Source: a virus. Taken from it: a stretch of 64,000 nt of DNA. Position 1 is the first letter of the stretch. The number at the start of each line of letters is the position of its first letter. The position numbers and the translations under genes were made by a program. A model generated the notes under the pieces. The model was given only the letters and a program-made list of their open reading frames with translations. It ran no database searches and had not been told where the DNA came from. The stretch lies in the IMG/VR virus record IMGVR_UViG_3300042691_007361, positions 32,001 to 96,000 of that record. One strand, given 5' to 3'. Of the stretch, positions 39,801-51,000 are shown one piece after another.

Positions 39801-42710
39801 AAATCCTTTAGGGTCATGAAGCAGGTTAATACCTCTTACCATTCCCTGAGCCTCTTTGCTTAGCAAATAGAAGTCACGAAGTTTTTCAAATGCCTCATCT
39901 ATATCACTATCAAATAAGTTATCATCATTAATGGATGCAAGTGACTTTAAGTATTCTCTGAATGTAGACTCAAGTTCCTCATTGAACTTAATGTCATTAT
40001 CATCATTGCGGATACCCAATTCATTATCAATCATCTTAAGAACTTCTTCTTCTGAAGCATCTTTGTTATCATTAATAATTCTTTGTGCTATTTCACTTCT
40101 GTCAACATAGTATCTCTTAAAGCTGGTGATACCATCATCTAGTTTTTTTAATACCTCAAGTCTTCTTTTCTTTTTAGCTAACTCTTTTGGATCAGCTTTA
40201 GTTGACTCAAGTGTATCAACTTCAGTTTTTAATATCTCAGCTTCATTAGATAAAAGAGCTTGATCAAACAATACTTTCATATCATTGAATGATGCTTTTT
40301 TAAGCAAGCCTGAGCTTGTTACATCATTAATAATACTAGACATACGTTTAGTAGTGTTATCAAAAGACTCATTAAAGAATATAGCATTTCTCTTTGCTTC
40401 TTCCCATGCATGATATGTCAATGAAGCATCTTCATAGTCTGGGTCTCCTTTTTTATAGTTACTTATGTTAACTGGATTTGGAAATCTATCGTTTATATCA
40501 TTAAACTTCTTCTCCATTTTCTGAGCCCTATCAATTACTTCAGGTAGTTTATCAAGATACTCTTGACCTTTACCTGCAGGAATTCCAGGAACCATCTCTT
40601 CAAACTCTTCAGCAGTAAGCTGTTGTAAACCTTTTAATTGGTCTGTGTAGTAATCCATCATTCCCTTATCAAGTATAACTTGCATTTGAGAAATGAATGC
40701 TGCATCAGATGCATCTCTTGCTACCTTTTCAGAAGCAGTTACTTTAAGGTCTGTTGCAGAAGCTTGAACACCATAGTTCTTTAAGTTATTATCAAAGAAG
40801 TCTTTTAGATCTACACTAGATAAAGTATTAACCATTTGCTGACCATATTTTGTTCTGGCCATTTTATATTTAGTGTAAGCATCATTATCAAAGATTCTAT
40901 TATAACCAATAGAAAATGCTTGTGGTAATGCGTTTAATGGAGAAGCAAACATACCCATAGTAAAACCAGAAGCAAAAGTTTCCAAACCTCTAGCTGAGAA
41001 CTGATCTTTAACAGCATTCTTAACTAGACCTCTAGCATACTGATGTGTTGCTACATTGGGATTACTATATGAATCAATGTAATAATTCTTTGTAGCATCA
41101 GAAATAACTTCCTGTAAATTCTCTTGTAATGCTTCACCTATATTTGCTTTAAAGTATGCAGCACCAGCAGGAATAGATTTACTTAATGGTCTTTGAGCAA
41201 AACCTTTTACAGTATTCCAAAGATTCTTTTCTCTCCATTCAAGCTTTGATGTATTAACAGTCTTACCTGTTTTAAGAGTTGTCTTCTTATTTATTTTAAG
41301 AATATCACCTCCATCAAGATTTAGTAAATCCTCAGTTTTGGATTTAAGAAAGTTTGCTATACCTCCTCTACGGTTAACAAGGTTAGGAAGTACAAGTTTA
41401 TTTGATGCATATATAAGACCAGTGTTCCATATTAAATCAGTCATACCTGCTTCTTTAGCTTGAAGCATCATTCTTTCTTGAGTCTTATTATCTGGTGCTT
41501 CTTGCTCATCTCTATAATAATCATCATAGAGTTTATTATATGTGTCATTCTCAGCCATACCACCTTCTAGTCTAGCTTCTGACAATGCCATGTTAACTGC
41601 TCTTACATCACCGTAAAATCCACCAAATGTTTTCTTAGTTGCATCATATGCTCTTGCTAGTCCTGTAAGATTATCCTCATTCTTAGCAATTTTAATTCCT
41701 GCTTCTGTAAGGTTAGAAAGAGGATTAAAGAACTTAAAGGTATTACTACTCACAGTCTTTTCTACTCTAGCTGCATTCCAAAAGCTTCTTGCACCACTAA
41801 CAGACTTTAATCCATTTAGTGTAGCATTCATAGCTTTCATACCATCAATAGCATTTTCAGCAGTGTTTAAACCTCTTAGAATGCTTGGTATTTTTCTAGC
41901 GTTGTTTGCTGTAGTAGCAAATAAAGCTGGGGCACCACCCCCAGCAGTAGCTACTGTAAATGCAGCAGCCGCAGCTTCTTCAGCCAAAGCTTCAGTAATA
42001 ACACCTGCTGTATAAGCAAATGCCATTCCTGTATTATTTAACCATGCACCTACACCACCTCTTGAGGAGTAACCAATAGCTGATTGCTCAGCGCTCATCA
42101 TTGCAGCCTCTTTATCAGGACTGAAATCTCCTTGAAGCATTTTACCTAAACTCTGTGGAGCTGACTTAAATGCTTGTGTAAACATTGGCCAGAATGAATG
42201 AACCATCATTCTTTTAGCATCTGCCCAACCTGATGTACCTGCATTATAAATAGATTCATTATCACGGAAAGGGTGAAAGCCTAATTTATTAAAGGTCTCA
42301 TCTCCCATCTTAGAATATCTCTTATAGAATGACCCACCGTCTGGTCCAGCATCATAAGAATATATTCTTGCATATTCATTCTTGTCTTGATTAGCTGCAG
42401 CTTTAGCTGAGTAAAAATCACCTATTGCTTTTGAAAAATCTTTTGCAGATAACTTTGAAGGATTTGCTTTAGCTCCTGGTTTACCAACTATGTCTTTACG
42501 TACAGTAGTTTGCTGATTATCTAATTGACCTGCACTAGGTATAATAGGAATAAAGTTTGTACCTCTATCAGGGAAATTAATTTCAGGTCTTGTAATCCTG
42601 TCTCCCTCAAAAGCAGATAAACCCTGCTCATCAAGAGAGGGTTGGTTTATCTTTCCGTAAGCTGGCCCAAGTGAGTCAAGTGGGCTAAATGATTCATTAG
42701 TATCCGCCAT
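36870..42710 (-). CDS. Giant virion cargo protein (1946 aa) with Ala/Gly-rich hydrophobic N-terminal segment and C-terminal PD-(D/E)XK nuclease domain
   Basis: GMAFAYTAGVITEALAEEAAAAAFTVATAGGGAPALF, and AGEVDLLAVDRLGNVYIIDTKTG...YTLQQTAY at ~37780-37950. Confidence 0.8.
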   Translation of the reverse strand: MADTNESFSPLDSLGPAYGKINQPSLDEQGLSAFEGDRITRPEINFPDRGTNFIPIIPSAGQLDNQQTTVRKDIVGKPGAKANPSKLSAKDFSKAIGDFYSAKAAANQDKNEYARIYSYDAGPDGGSFYKRYSKMGDETFNKLGFHPFRDNESIYNAGTSGWADAKRMMVHSFWPMFTQAFKSAPQSLGKMLQGDFSPDKEAAMMSAEQSAIGYSSRGGVGAWLNNTGMAFAYTAGVITEALAEEAAAAAFTVATAGGGAPALFATTANNARKIPSILRGLNTAENAIDGMKAMNATLNGLKSVSGARSFWNAARVEKTVSSNTFKFFNPLSNLTEAGIKIAKNEDNLTGLARAYDATKKTFGGFYGDVRAVNMALSEARLEGGMAENDTYNKLYDDYYRDEQEAPDNKTQERMMLQAKEAGMTDLIWNTGLIYASNKLVLPNLVNRRGGIANFLKSKTEDLLNLDGGDILKINKKTTLKTGKTVNTSKLEWREKNLWNTVKGFAQRPLSKSIPAGAAYFKANIGEALQENLQEVISDATKNYYIDSYSNPNVATHQYARGLVKNAVKDQFSARGLETFASGFTMGMFASPLNALPQAFSIGYNRIFDNDAYTKYKMARTKYGQQMVNTLSSVDLKDFFDNNLKNYGVQASATDLKVTASEKVARDASDAAFISQMQVILDKGMMDYYTDQLKGLQQLTAEEFEEMVPGIPAGKGQEYLDKLPEVIDRAQKMEKKFNDINDRFPNPVNISNYKKGDPDYEDASLTYHAWEEAKRNAIFFNESFDNTTKRMSSIINDVTSSGLLKKASFNDMKVLFDQALLSNEAEILKTEVDTLESTKADPKELAKKKRRLEVLKKLDDGITSFKRYYVDRSEIAQRIINDNKDASEEEVLKMIDNELGIRNDDNDIKFNEELESTFREYLKSLASINDDNLFDSDIDEAFEKLRDFYLLSKEAQGMVRGINLLHDPKGFVEHVKRNKVWMKELYDNRREYYENLKEQEFQKKEGNDLLNHLASQGLYISLDDFERWREMKILPDEIYDDVHKVVIRKSHPMYDEIIRPFLMLNNLQTVKNEMEIVEESVREDLDKLDAEMQARIDVLPKNEKREDQGSLDFKGKETIKSKNISEQLGDKEYVDVVGKDGTPLTFYKDGEVLRFNDKDGEEVTPESLKELGTSDSFAEATKFVMVTEPDPDAVKEIMDEFAEKKADILQSAAEKGVENPGEVKERVIYTTDMDMDEFPPDLYNRIVLAFEEYADENGLTDLSGDDFDMALDSFLKSSFVAARLVDDYNKEQELGKAMVREPEVPMIKVGDKTMKINEIPEAQLRSILKTYQTELDSLAKEEQTPDIKQRSARLAYSIRKINDYLSGKVREGFSEAQRKTIDLIQPIIDFQNDITKGKGGYLINNQIMQRVTQVIRKFETEEYKYQAEGDVKATFNTTIAEQGFNESSISNFITELRKQKLPGFSDFTYNELQNELNTMLSEAPSASNEDLINKVMNTIAEKTYEESRISGNYIDDQVRDLFADKEPKFDDTKITREAYDALFNEDPESLGYLRNIKRLVDEEGLYVLSRVVLNDGTERGLVLYDEEAGVAGEVDLLAVDRLGNVYIIDTKTGKEVKWRGFNVEGNQSSKKEIYTLQQTAYANLLYNLTDKQAKVSLLPIQIDYEANTGRITRAGKPTAKGALEDGKYRIPLEITPDIQEKIDSVIPRKIKAAPETEETGPAQNEDFTGGNIPAEDSDIQVPQEEPVIDLDIDTLRKPIAEATQEVLDLFKSDFAQAIAKNNISVESVTAVQELINERQRQLDSGVAVKLTPENVKVGDQLVAINPIFVNNKLAIAEGDIVSIKSIDKVAQFADVNTTTVPSVPVTFNFAELNKMFILKQEVMKTEGSEDEGAPLTKDEKDFMEESFENINNLLKSSDRKDALKKEADKQLTDAVDTELFEDVTSDC

Positions 42711-45642
42711 TGTTGTATAGTCTAACTTGTTCTGACATATTTAACCAGTCATATTTTCTTTGAGAAAGGTTATTACCTGATGTTAGAGTATTCTCATATC
42801 TAATATCATTCATATATTGACCAGTCTCATGATCTAAAATGTTGTAGCTTGTCTTAATGTTATAATCTCCAGTACCAGTTTGGTTTTTGGTAATTGTACC
42901 TGTAAGGTTTCCATATGGGTCACGGTATTCATATATTCCATCATAATCTACAATAGATTGAAGTGGATCCATATATGAAGATTGGAATAAACCATTACTA
43001 AAGTTATTATTATTAGATACAATAGATACACCATTTTGCATGATAGCATCATACTGTGCTTGACTAATTATACCTGAACCAGTTTTATTACCATCTTTAT
43101 CTGTCTTATAAACTTGCCCACCTAGCCATTCAGCATCTGGTCTCAAAATCATTGCACCTTTATTTGCATTATTACCTACTATAGATTGAGCACTCATCTT
43201 AAAGTTTTTAAACTTACTCTTAGAGTTATTCATCTCCATAACAATAGCATCAACAAGAGCCTTACCTGTTTTATTACGTAGTGACTCTGCTTTTAATGCA
43301 TTTGCATTTGTTCCTAAGAAAGTAATCTGATGCTTTGTAGGATCACCAAAGTCCATCTTTCTATAGTCACCTACAAACTCATGGAAGTATGCATGTCCTT
43401 TTGTACCCATACCTTTTGGTGATACAAGGATAGATTGTCTACCTGCTGTAAATAAACCTGTTCCAGACATTTCACCAATTGATGCAATTCCTGGAGGAGC
43501 TTTTTTAATTTTACCTGATGAGTATGCGGTACCTGCAGCTTTAACAAGTTCATCATATACATCTGATTTATCAGCACCTGTCATCCAATTATATGCAGAG
43601 CCAACAAGATTAGCAGCTGGTCCTAATACAGTAGAAGCTCCTCTAGCCATAGCTCTAGTTTTTCCACCACCTTCACCACCTTTCATCTTGCCGCTGTTAT
43701 TAAACAATGAATTAAATTCAGCTTTACTACGGAGTCTACCGTTCTCATCATATAGATACTTAGCGTATCCTTTCATATTATCATCTAGTGTATATGCTAA
43801 ATGCTGTTCTACAATTTTAGAACTATCTTTTCTCCACTTAGTATCCTGATCTAAGTATTTAGCATAATCATTAAATTGAGATGATGCTTCAGCATAACCT
43901 GGAATACCTTTAGCAATAGCACTAACTTTATTATTATTTCTAACCCACCAATTAAGTCTCTTATTAATACCAATAAGTTCTTTACTTCCTATATCTCCTC
44001 TTAAGAATTTATATGGATCAGACTGAAGCTTTTTATTAAACTCATTCCAGTTAGTTTGTTTTCCATTATGAGAAAGAATCTTACTGATTTCTTTATCTGA
44101 AATAACTCCAGTCTCTTTTAGTTTTTGAAGAAGTGCTAATGACTGATTAAGATATGGAACTGCATATTGACCTGTTTGTCTTTTAGCAATTGCATCACTA
44201 AGTACTTTCATACTTACTTTATCTGTCACGTTACCATCATTCTCTGTATCAACAAATGTATTTTGGTAACCTTCATTAACAACTACTTTTCCTGTGTTAA
44301 GATCTATAGTACCAATACCACTGTCAATAAGTGCTTTGTCAAGCATATTCTTACGCTCACCAGCATTACGGATTCTAGCTGCATTAGCAAGACCTGCATT
44401 TCTAGCTGCAACTTCTTGCATAGAGAAAGCATGCTTCTGCTCATTTACTGCATATACATCAGCTTCAATATCTACTTCAGCATCTTTGTAAGCAAAAATC
44501 TGCGCAGCTTCATCTAGATCTTTCTGCATAAGTTTTGAAGCCATACCGTTGTCAACTTTCCAACGCAGTGACTTAACATCTCCATAAGGGTTTTGAAAGC
44601 CTGTAGATGTTGTAAGCGTACTAGACTTTTCAGATAATGCATCTACATCTTTCTGTACTCTTTCTAGTACAGAATCATTAATCTCTTTTGCTTGTGTAAG
44701 ATTATCAAGATATGCTTTTAGCTTAGGGTCTTTACTACCCTTGTCTATTTGTGCCTGAACATCTTTTATTCTACCTTCATATGTAGTTGATGAATCTTTT
44801 AAGTTTTCATATCTCTGAACTTGCTCTTGCTTAAGTAAGTTAAAGCTGTTCTCAAGATACTTCATCTCTGCTGCATTCTTATCTCCACCAAATTGAGCAG
44901 CATTAGAGTAAGCATAATCCTTACGGTTTACATATGCTTGTGTTTGATATATTGCTTGTACTGTTGGATCAGACCCTAGACTGGCTTCAAACAATTTACT
45001 AAGTGGTTCAATTAACTCATCACCATTCTTAGTCTTAATAATATATCTACCATCAGGACTGAAGTCAACTTTTTCTACAGACAGTCCTGCATCCTTTGCT
45101 AACTCCTGTGCCTTCTTCATTGTATTGACGTAAGGAGTATAGCTTACATTCCCAAATCCTAATGCCTCATCAGCAGATGCTTCTTTAAATTCATCACGCA
45201 TGTAGTCCATAGCTCTAACACCAGTCTCCCAGTATTCAGATCTTCTTTTCTCATCAAATGCATTCTTTAAACCTTCAGCTCTACTTTTTTGTGCATTATA
45301 AGTTTTAGTCCAAGCCATATCTTTCATAAGGTTTTTATCCTCATAAAAAGGTTTAAACACCTGTGTAGCTTGATCTATATTTTGACTAAGGGATAAGTCA
45401 AGACCGGAAACTCTTTTTAAGTTAAAGTCAATGTTTTTTAATAACTCATCTTTACGTTGAATATTATCATCTCTTGTAAGATCAGAATAAAAATATTGAC
45501 CATATACTTTATTTATTGATTTCCATGCAGTATCATATTGAGTCTGTTTTGTCTGAAGTACATTAGCATATAAGTTCAGGTCAGGCTGAAATGGTTGAAA
45601 CTGCGGAATGTAATCTGTGACACCTTGTAAATACGTTGCCAT
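42697..45642 (-). CDS. Putative internal virion / ejection protein (981 aa)
   Basis: Cys-free, helical, located directly upstream of the giant cargo genes. Confidence 0.6.
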   Translation of the reverse strand: MATYLQGVTDYIPQFQPFQPDLNLYANVLQTKQTQYDTAWKSINKVYGQYFYSDLTRDDNIQRKDELLKNIDFNLKRVSGLDLSLSQNIDQATQVFKPFYEDKNLMKDMAWTKTYNAQKSRAEGLKNAFDEKRRSEYWETGVRAMDYMRDEFKEASADEALGFGNVSYTPYVNTMKKAQELAKDAGLSVEKVDFSPDGRYIIKTKNGDELIEPLSKLFEASLGSDPTVQAIYQTQAYVNRKDYAYSNAAQFGGDKNAAEMKYLENSFNLLKQEQVQRYENLKDSSTTYEGRIKDVQAQIDKGSKDPKLKAYLDNLTQAKEINDSVLERVQKDVDALSEKSSTLTTSTGFQNPYGDVKSLRWKVDNGMASKLMQKDLDEAAQIFAYKDAEVDIEADVYAVNEQKHAFSMQEVAARNAGLANAARIRNAGERKNMLDKALIDSGIGTIDLNTGKVVVNEGYQNTFVDTENDGNVTDKVSMKVLSDAIAKRQTGQYAVPYLNQSLALLQKLKETGVISDKEISKILSHNGKQTNWNEFNKKLQSDPYKFLRGDIGSKELIGINKRLNWWVRNNNKVSAIAKGIPGYAEASSQFNDYAKYLDQDTKWRKDSSKIVEQHLAYTLDDNMKGYAKYLYDENGRLRSKAEFNSLFNNSGKMKGGEGGGKTRAMARGASTVLGPAANLVGSAYNWMTGADKSDVYDELVKAAGTAYSSGKIKKAPPGIASIGEMSGTGLFTAGRQSILVSPKGMGTKGHAYFHEFVGDYRKMDFGDPTKHQITFLGTNANALKAESLRNKTGKALVDAIVMEMNNSKSKFKNFKMSAQSIVGNNANKGAMILRPDAEWLGGQVYKTDKDGNKTGSGIISQAQYDAIMQNGVSIVSNNNNFSNGLFQSSYMDPLQSIVDYDGIYEYRDPYGNLTGTITKNQTGTGDYNIKTSYNILDHETGQYMNDIRYENTLTSGNNLSQRKYDWLNMSEQVRLYNNGGY

Positions 45643-45662
45643 ATCTTAATTTATCTATATTG

Positions 45663-45694
45663 TAAAAATACCAAAATCAAATAAGTTTACTAAA
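45663..45694 (-). promoter_or_regulatory. Putative promoter TTTA-N20-TATTTTTA
   Basis: Same geometry as the elements at 52262-52293 and 62371-62402, resembling the Bacteroidota TTTG-N19/21-TAnnTTTG consensus. Confidence 0.55.
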
Positions 45695-45704
45695 CATATA
45701 AAGT

Positions 45705-48005
45705 TTAGTAGAACATGAATGGGAATACATTTGCTCCCATTACATAAATACCACCCCCATCTTTGCTATACTGCATATTGTCTAGTAAAGCTTGATAATC
45801 AATACCAGATGAAGAAGTAGATCCTTTCATTGCTTCTTTAGCTGCAACAATTGCATCTTTAGGATCAAAACCTGCTTCAATATAATCATTAAGCAAATCA
45901 TTAAATGTTTGAGTTCTTTCCGGTGTATTATCTTTACCTCCTTGGAATATAACAGTACCTGTTGCAGGATCAATATCATACTGCTCAGACATAGCGTTTA
46001 CCATTGCTAGGTCAGATGCATTCTTCCAACCTGTAGCCATTGCTTGACGTATATTAGCATTGGCAGCACGCTTAGAATTATCATATTGCTGATTCATTAG
46101 ATTAGTTTGATCATAGAGTTTTGTTGCAATCTCTTGATTCTTTAATCTTTCTTGATTTCTAATACCAGCATTAGCTTGTGCATATTGATTTGCAATAGCT
46201 ACGTTTTGGTTGTTGTATGAAGACATCAGGTCTACTACGTTCTTAGCAAGTTGTCCTTGCATACCCATAGCTCTTGCTGATGTAAGTTGTGGAGATCCTG
46301 TAAATTGAGTTAGGTTCTGTTGAGCAATATTTGCTTGTTCTGCTAAAGCAGCAGCAGGTCTAGTTACATCTAAGTATCTTGGTTGTGCTTCTTCTAAATC
46401 AACTCTTGGAGCCCAAGGATATTGTTTTCTTAAACTTGCTCTATCACCAAATGCTCCGGCAAGATTCATAACATCTGGAGCCATCCAGCTTGCTTTTGTT
46501 TCTCTTGGATATTGATAATTATCTATATAGTCTTGATCTACATCAGTATCATCTCCTTCATCAGTAGTTGTAGTAGTTGTAGTTTTATCATCAGCTTTTT
46601 TACCAGCATCCTTCATTACATACTCAGTGTACATTTCAGGATTAGCAGGATCTTCATTAAAGTAGAGTTTATCACCTTGCTTAATAGCATTAGGTTCTTT
46701 CATCTTCTTCTCATACTCTTCTTTAGAAAGCTCTTTAACTTGTGTATCAAGTGCACGGTACCACCACTCATTATCTTTGTATGCAGTCTTAATTTTATCT
46801 GGAGTAAGTTTTCCATCAGCTAGTGCAGCTTTTGCACCGGCTGTAGTTTTAGGATATCCTGTAGGAATAACTTTTAATAACTCTCTGTTAGGTTGATGTG
46901 ACTTAGTAGTCATGTAATCAACCAATAGATCTGGATTAGTTTCTGCAATCTTAGCTTGAAGTTCACCAGCAGCTTTTTGAATATCAGCTTTAGTAACTGA
47001 TCCTTTAAGCTGCGGAAGACCATATTTCTTTCTAAATGCATTAAGACGTACAACACCTTTAGGTGTGTAAGCTTCATTCATTTTATATGGCGGCTCAACT
47101 TCAGCACCTCCTTTAGCTTTTATTAGACCGCCTTCTGCATACTCATCTTGGGTATCATAGTCTTGATAGAATGGCATACTGTAACCACCCATGTTCATAC
47201 CATAGGCCGCCATTGGTGCTTCACCTGACATCTCAGGTGACATAGCAATTTGCTCACCATTAGGCATTTGAGTAGGCATGCTTTCATCCAATCCTACTTC
47301 TTCTTGTGGTTCTGCTGTTTCTTCTTCTGTTGTTTCTTGTTCCTGTTTAGCAAATCTTGGTTTATACTTAGGCATTACCTGCTCTTCAGTAATCTGATTT
47401 GATTGCATAAAAGGTTGAGCAATAAGCGGTACACCTTGAGGAAATCCTTTTTTACCTTCTTGTGCAACTGCTAAAGCTCCAAGCTTCATTGTATAGTTAC
47501 GGATCATTAACTCTGCTGTCTTTCTATCAACAGCATCAGAGTCCGGATCTTGTAAAATCTTTCTATACTTATTTATATCATATTGCTTAGCAAGATCAGC
47601 AGGAGTATATGATCCAGATGTCTTACCAAACTTCTTAAGAATATCAGGATTCTTAATCTTCATTGACTTAGTATCACTGAAGATAAAAGTATCATCTGGT
47701 AGATTAAGTGGTGTACCACCTTGGCTATGACGTTTACCTCCTGCAATATAGGTTTCAATCATTCCATCACCATTCAGGTCACCGGCAACAACTTCACCTT
47801 TCTCAACTTCTACATTAGATTTTTCTCTTGGATCTGGTTGTAATGTCTTTCTTGTATCAACAGCTTTCTCACCAATGTACTGATCAATATCAGAACCACC
47901 CATTGCAGTAGGTTGAATAGACAGAGCTCCTGTAGAAGTTTGCTGTCCTGTCTTTACACCTCCTAAAGCTCTATTAGGAAGTTTCTTTATTCTTACTTGT
48001 TGCAT
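45705..48005 (-). CDS. Putative internal virion protein (766 aa) with xxxGG motifs
   Basis: N-terminal NVEVEKGE...GKRHSQGG...FIFSD block, which I recognise from crAss-like structural proteins, plus a Q/N/A-rich coiled C-terminal half. Confidence 0.65.
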   Translation of the reverse strand: MQQVRIKKLPNRALGGVKTGQQTSTGALSIQPTAMGGSDIDQYIGEKAVDTRKTLQPDPREKSNVEVEKGEVVAGDLNGDGMIETYIAGGKRHSQGGTPLNLPDDTFIFSDTKSMKIKNPDILKKFGKTSGSYTPADLAKQYDINKYRKILQDPDSDAVDRKTAELMIRNYTMKLGALAVAQEGKKGFPQGVPLIAQPFMQSNQITEEQVMPKYKPRFAKQEQETTEEETAEPQEEVGLDESMPTQMPNGEQIAMSPEMSGEAPMAAYGMNMGGYSMPFYQDYDTQDEYAEGGLIKAKGGAEVEPPYKMNEAYTPKGVVRLNAFRKKYGLPQLKGSVTKADIQKAAGELQAKIAETNPDLLVDYMTTKSHQPNRELLKVIPTGYPKTTAGAKAALADGKLTPDKIKTAYKDNEWWYRALDTQVKELSKEEYEKKMKEPNAIKQGDKLYFNEDPANPEMYTEYVMKDAGKKADDKTTTTTTTDEGDDTDVDQDYIDNYQYPRETKASWMAPDVMNLAGAFGDRASLRKQYPWAPRVDLEEAQPRYLDVTRPAAALAEQANIAQQNLTQFTGSPQLTSARAMGMQGQLAKNVVDLMSSYNNQNVAIANQYAQANAGIRNQERLKNQEIATKLYDQTNLMNQQYDNSKRAANANIRQAMATGWKNASDLAMVNAMSEQYDIDPATGTVIFQGGKDNTPERTQTFNDLLNDYIEAGFDPKDAIVAAKEAMKGSTSSSGIDYQALLDNMQYSKDGGGIYVMGANVFPFMFY

Positions 48006-48006
48006 A

Positions 48007-51000
48007 TTATACGTATTCTAATTCACCACCATCCTCAAGAAACTTCTGAATCATCTCAGGAGTCATCCACATATACTCTCCAATCTCATTATCATATACT
48101 GGACCACCCTGCTGATAGATGTTACCGCCATACTTAACAGATTGTCTCTGACCCATATCTGGTGTTTCTAATCCACTGTTAGTAATAATCCAACCTTTAT
48201 CAATTGATGCTTGAGCATCTTCATTTCTCCAAGATTTATCTTGTCTAGGAGAATCAAACCATCCTGCAATTGTATTTCCTGCAGCATTTGTCCAATCCAT
48301 AAGCAATCTTCTTTTTGCTGCATTAGCATCCCAATCACCTTTAGTATTATAATCTACAGATACATCATCATATTCTTTTCTTTGAGAGAAGTCAGTTAGA
48401 TCTTCTTTAGGTACTACACCTTCATTTACATAACTTCCTTCTGTTCCCATTTTTACTCCAGACTTCTCATTAGTCAATTGATTTTGTCCACTATAAACAA
48501 AAGGATTATCTAACTCTGATGAACCTAAATCAAACTGTCTTTGTTGAGCTCTAAACCTTGGATCATAGTTTACTGGTGTGTCTTCATCAAGATCATTATC
48601 ATATCCTGTGTAAGCTTTAGGCATTGTCATAGTACCACCGTATGCCATGTAACCACCATCTTTTGCATACTTATATAATAAAGCATTTCTAAGATCTCTG
48701 TTCTGAATACTTTTTATATAGTCTAATCTTTGTTTAGATGTTTTTAATAATCTCATTGATCTATCAATAGCCGGATCTATCTTGTAGTTTTTATACGTAT
48801 CTTTAAACACAGCTGGCTCATCACCCATTGCATTTTGTTTGAGATCCATTAATTCTCTCCAAGCAGCACCTTGTCTATTTTGTTCTTTAGCTTTTTCAGT
48901 TGGTGTAAGATTAGAAGAATTATTTTGTTCAACATTTTTCTTTGAAACAATAGGCTTTGCTTGTTCTTGTTCAACAGGTTTATTAGACTTAGTAGGAACA
49001 GTTTTATTTCCATATTCCTGAATCTTCTGTCCTAAATTTCTCTGAGTGGTGTTTGCCTGTGCAGCTGCTCTACGTTGAGCTTCCGCTCTTTGTTGTGCAA
49101 TAACTTGTTGTTGACGTGCAGCTGCTTCTTGTGGAGTTAAAACAGGAGTACTTGCGCTACCAAGAAGTTCTTGACCCGGTTCCCAATTATATTGTTGTTG
49201 ACCATAGAAATCTGGATTTTGCTCCATCATTCTTTGAAGCTCAGCTTGTTGTAAATCATAAGCACCTTGATCACCCACTTGCTGCATATATTCATCTTGT
49301 GCTGTAGGTAAACCAAGTAAACCTAATCCACTACCTCTTAAATCTTGTTCTCTTTGTTGTTGAGCAAGTGCTGCTGCATCTTCTTCACTAGCTTGGTCAT
49401 AATACATAGGACCAGTTTGTCCTGGAGCTAGTCTTGTTTGAGACGGCAATAATAATGGTTGCGCAGATCTAGTAGGTAAACTACCTATTGGACTTTCTAC
49501 TGGTCTCTGTGGTATTAACTCATCTTCATTACCTTGAATTGCTTGCGCGCCTCTTGTAGGAAGACTATATCCAGCCATGTCACTAAATGTTCCAGCATTT
49601 TGTATCTCTGGAAACTCTGTATCTACAGCAGGTGTTGATTGATTAAATGCAAATGTACTATCCGGAGTTGTTGCATAAGGGCTTTCATCAGGATAGTATC
49701 CATAAATCTTTTTGTAATTCTCATCCCATTTATCATGTGGCATACCAGAAACTTTATCAGCTTTTGATTCAAATGGTCTAAGTTTAGAACCTAGCCATGC
49801 TAATGGACCAAACTGAGAATCAATTGCTGTATCAGATCTTCTACCTGACATGCCAGAAGATTGAGATCTATTAAATAAACCTTGACGTGTTGGTGCAACT
49901 TGATCCATTGATCTTCCATCAAGCGTCATACCAGCATCAGTAAAGTTTAATCTTTTACTTAGCGGGTCTCTTTCTACTTGATAGTTAACAGTATACTTTT
50001 TAGGCATTCCTTTATATGGACCAAAGGCTTTTGTCTTTTTAACATCAATGTTTTTTAGTTTAGCATTATCTAGAGCACCTGTATAAGTTTGGTTACTACC
50101 GGTCATATAAGGCATTCCTTTTTGCTTAGTTCTAAACGCAGGACCATAACCATATCCCATATAACCTTGTTCTCCAGGTTGTGGGTTAAAGTTATCTCTT
50201 ATAGGTTGTCTATTAATTATTGGTCTATCACTTGCAAAACTTAAATCAGTTAAACTAATATCTGGTGTGCCACTTCTTGCTTCATTCCAAGTTTCTGCAT
50301 CTTGTTGATTTACCAATTTTGTATTTCCATTATTATCTGAAATGGTAATCATACCTGGTTGTGCTTTTGGTAAATAACCACCATATGCAAAATATGGATC
50401 ACCAGTTAAGTCACCTTGGTCATCACCTCCATACAGAAACTTATAAAGACCGGAATCTTGATCTGTAAATCCTCCACCTTGGAATTTTTCACCTAAACCA
50501 ATTGTTTGGCGTGGAGCTGTTCTAGATACAGGAACATTCATATTGGTAGGTTGCACAAAGCCTCTTAGGTTTTCAGGATTTAGTGCTCCTTTAATATCAT
50601 TACCTACACTATTCAAAAATTCTTTTGAAGTAATGTATTGATTTAATGGTACACCTTGACTTCCATATACAGGTGCTGAAGAACGTCCTGTTGCCATTGG
50701 GCCTGGATTAGCATCAGACATTGTATAAGTTGAACCTGGAGCAAGTTGTGCCATTGATGGCTTAGTGGATCTCTCAATATTTTTTACACGGTTAGGGTCA
50801 GAAACCTCATACCATTGTACATTCTTTTTATCCTTAGTAGTAAAGTTAGGAGATACAAACCACTTATTACCTCTTTGTATATAAGCACGGCTTTTATCTT
50901 GTCCTGCAAATCTTACTGATGATGGATCATATCCTTTCCAAAAACCTTTAAATGATGGACTAGCTTTAGACGGTGCATATTCTTCTGTACCTGCACCTGC

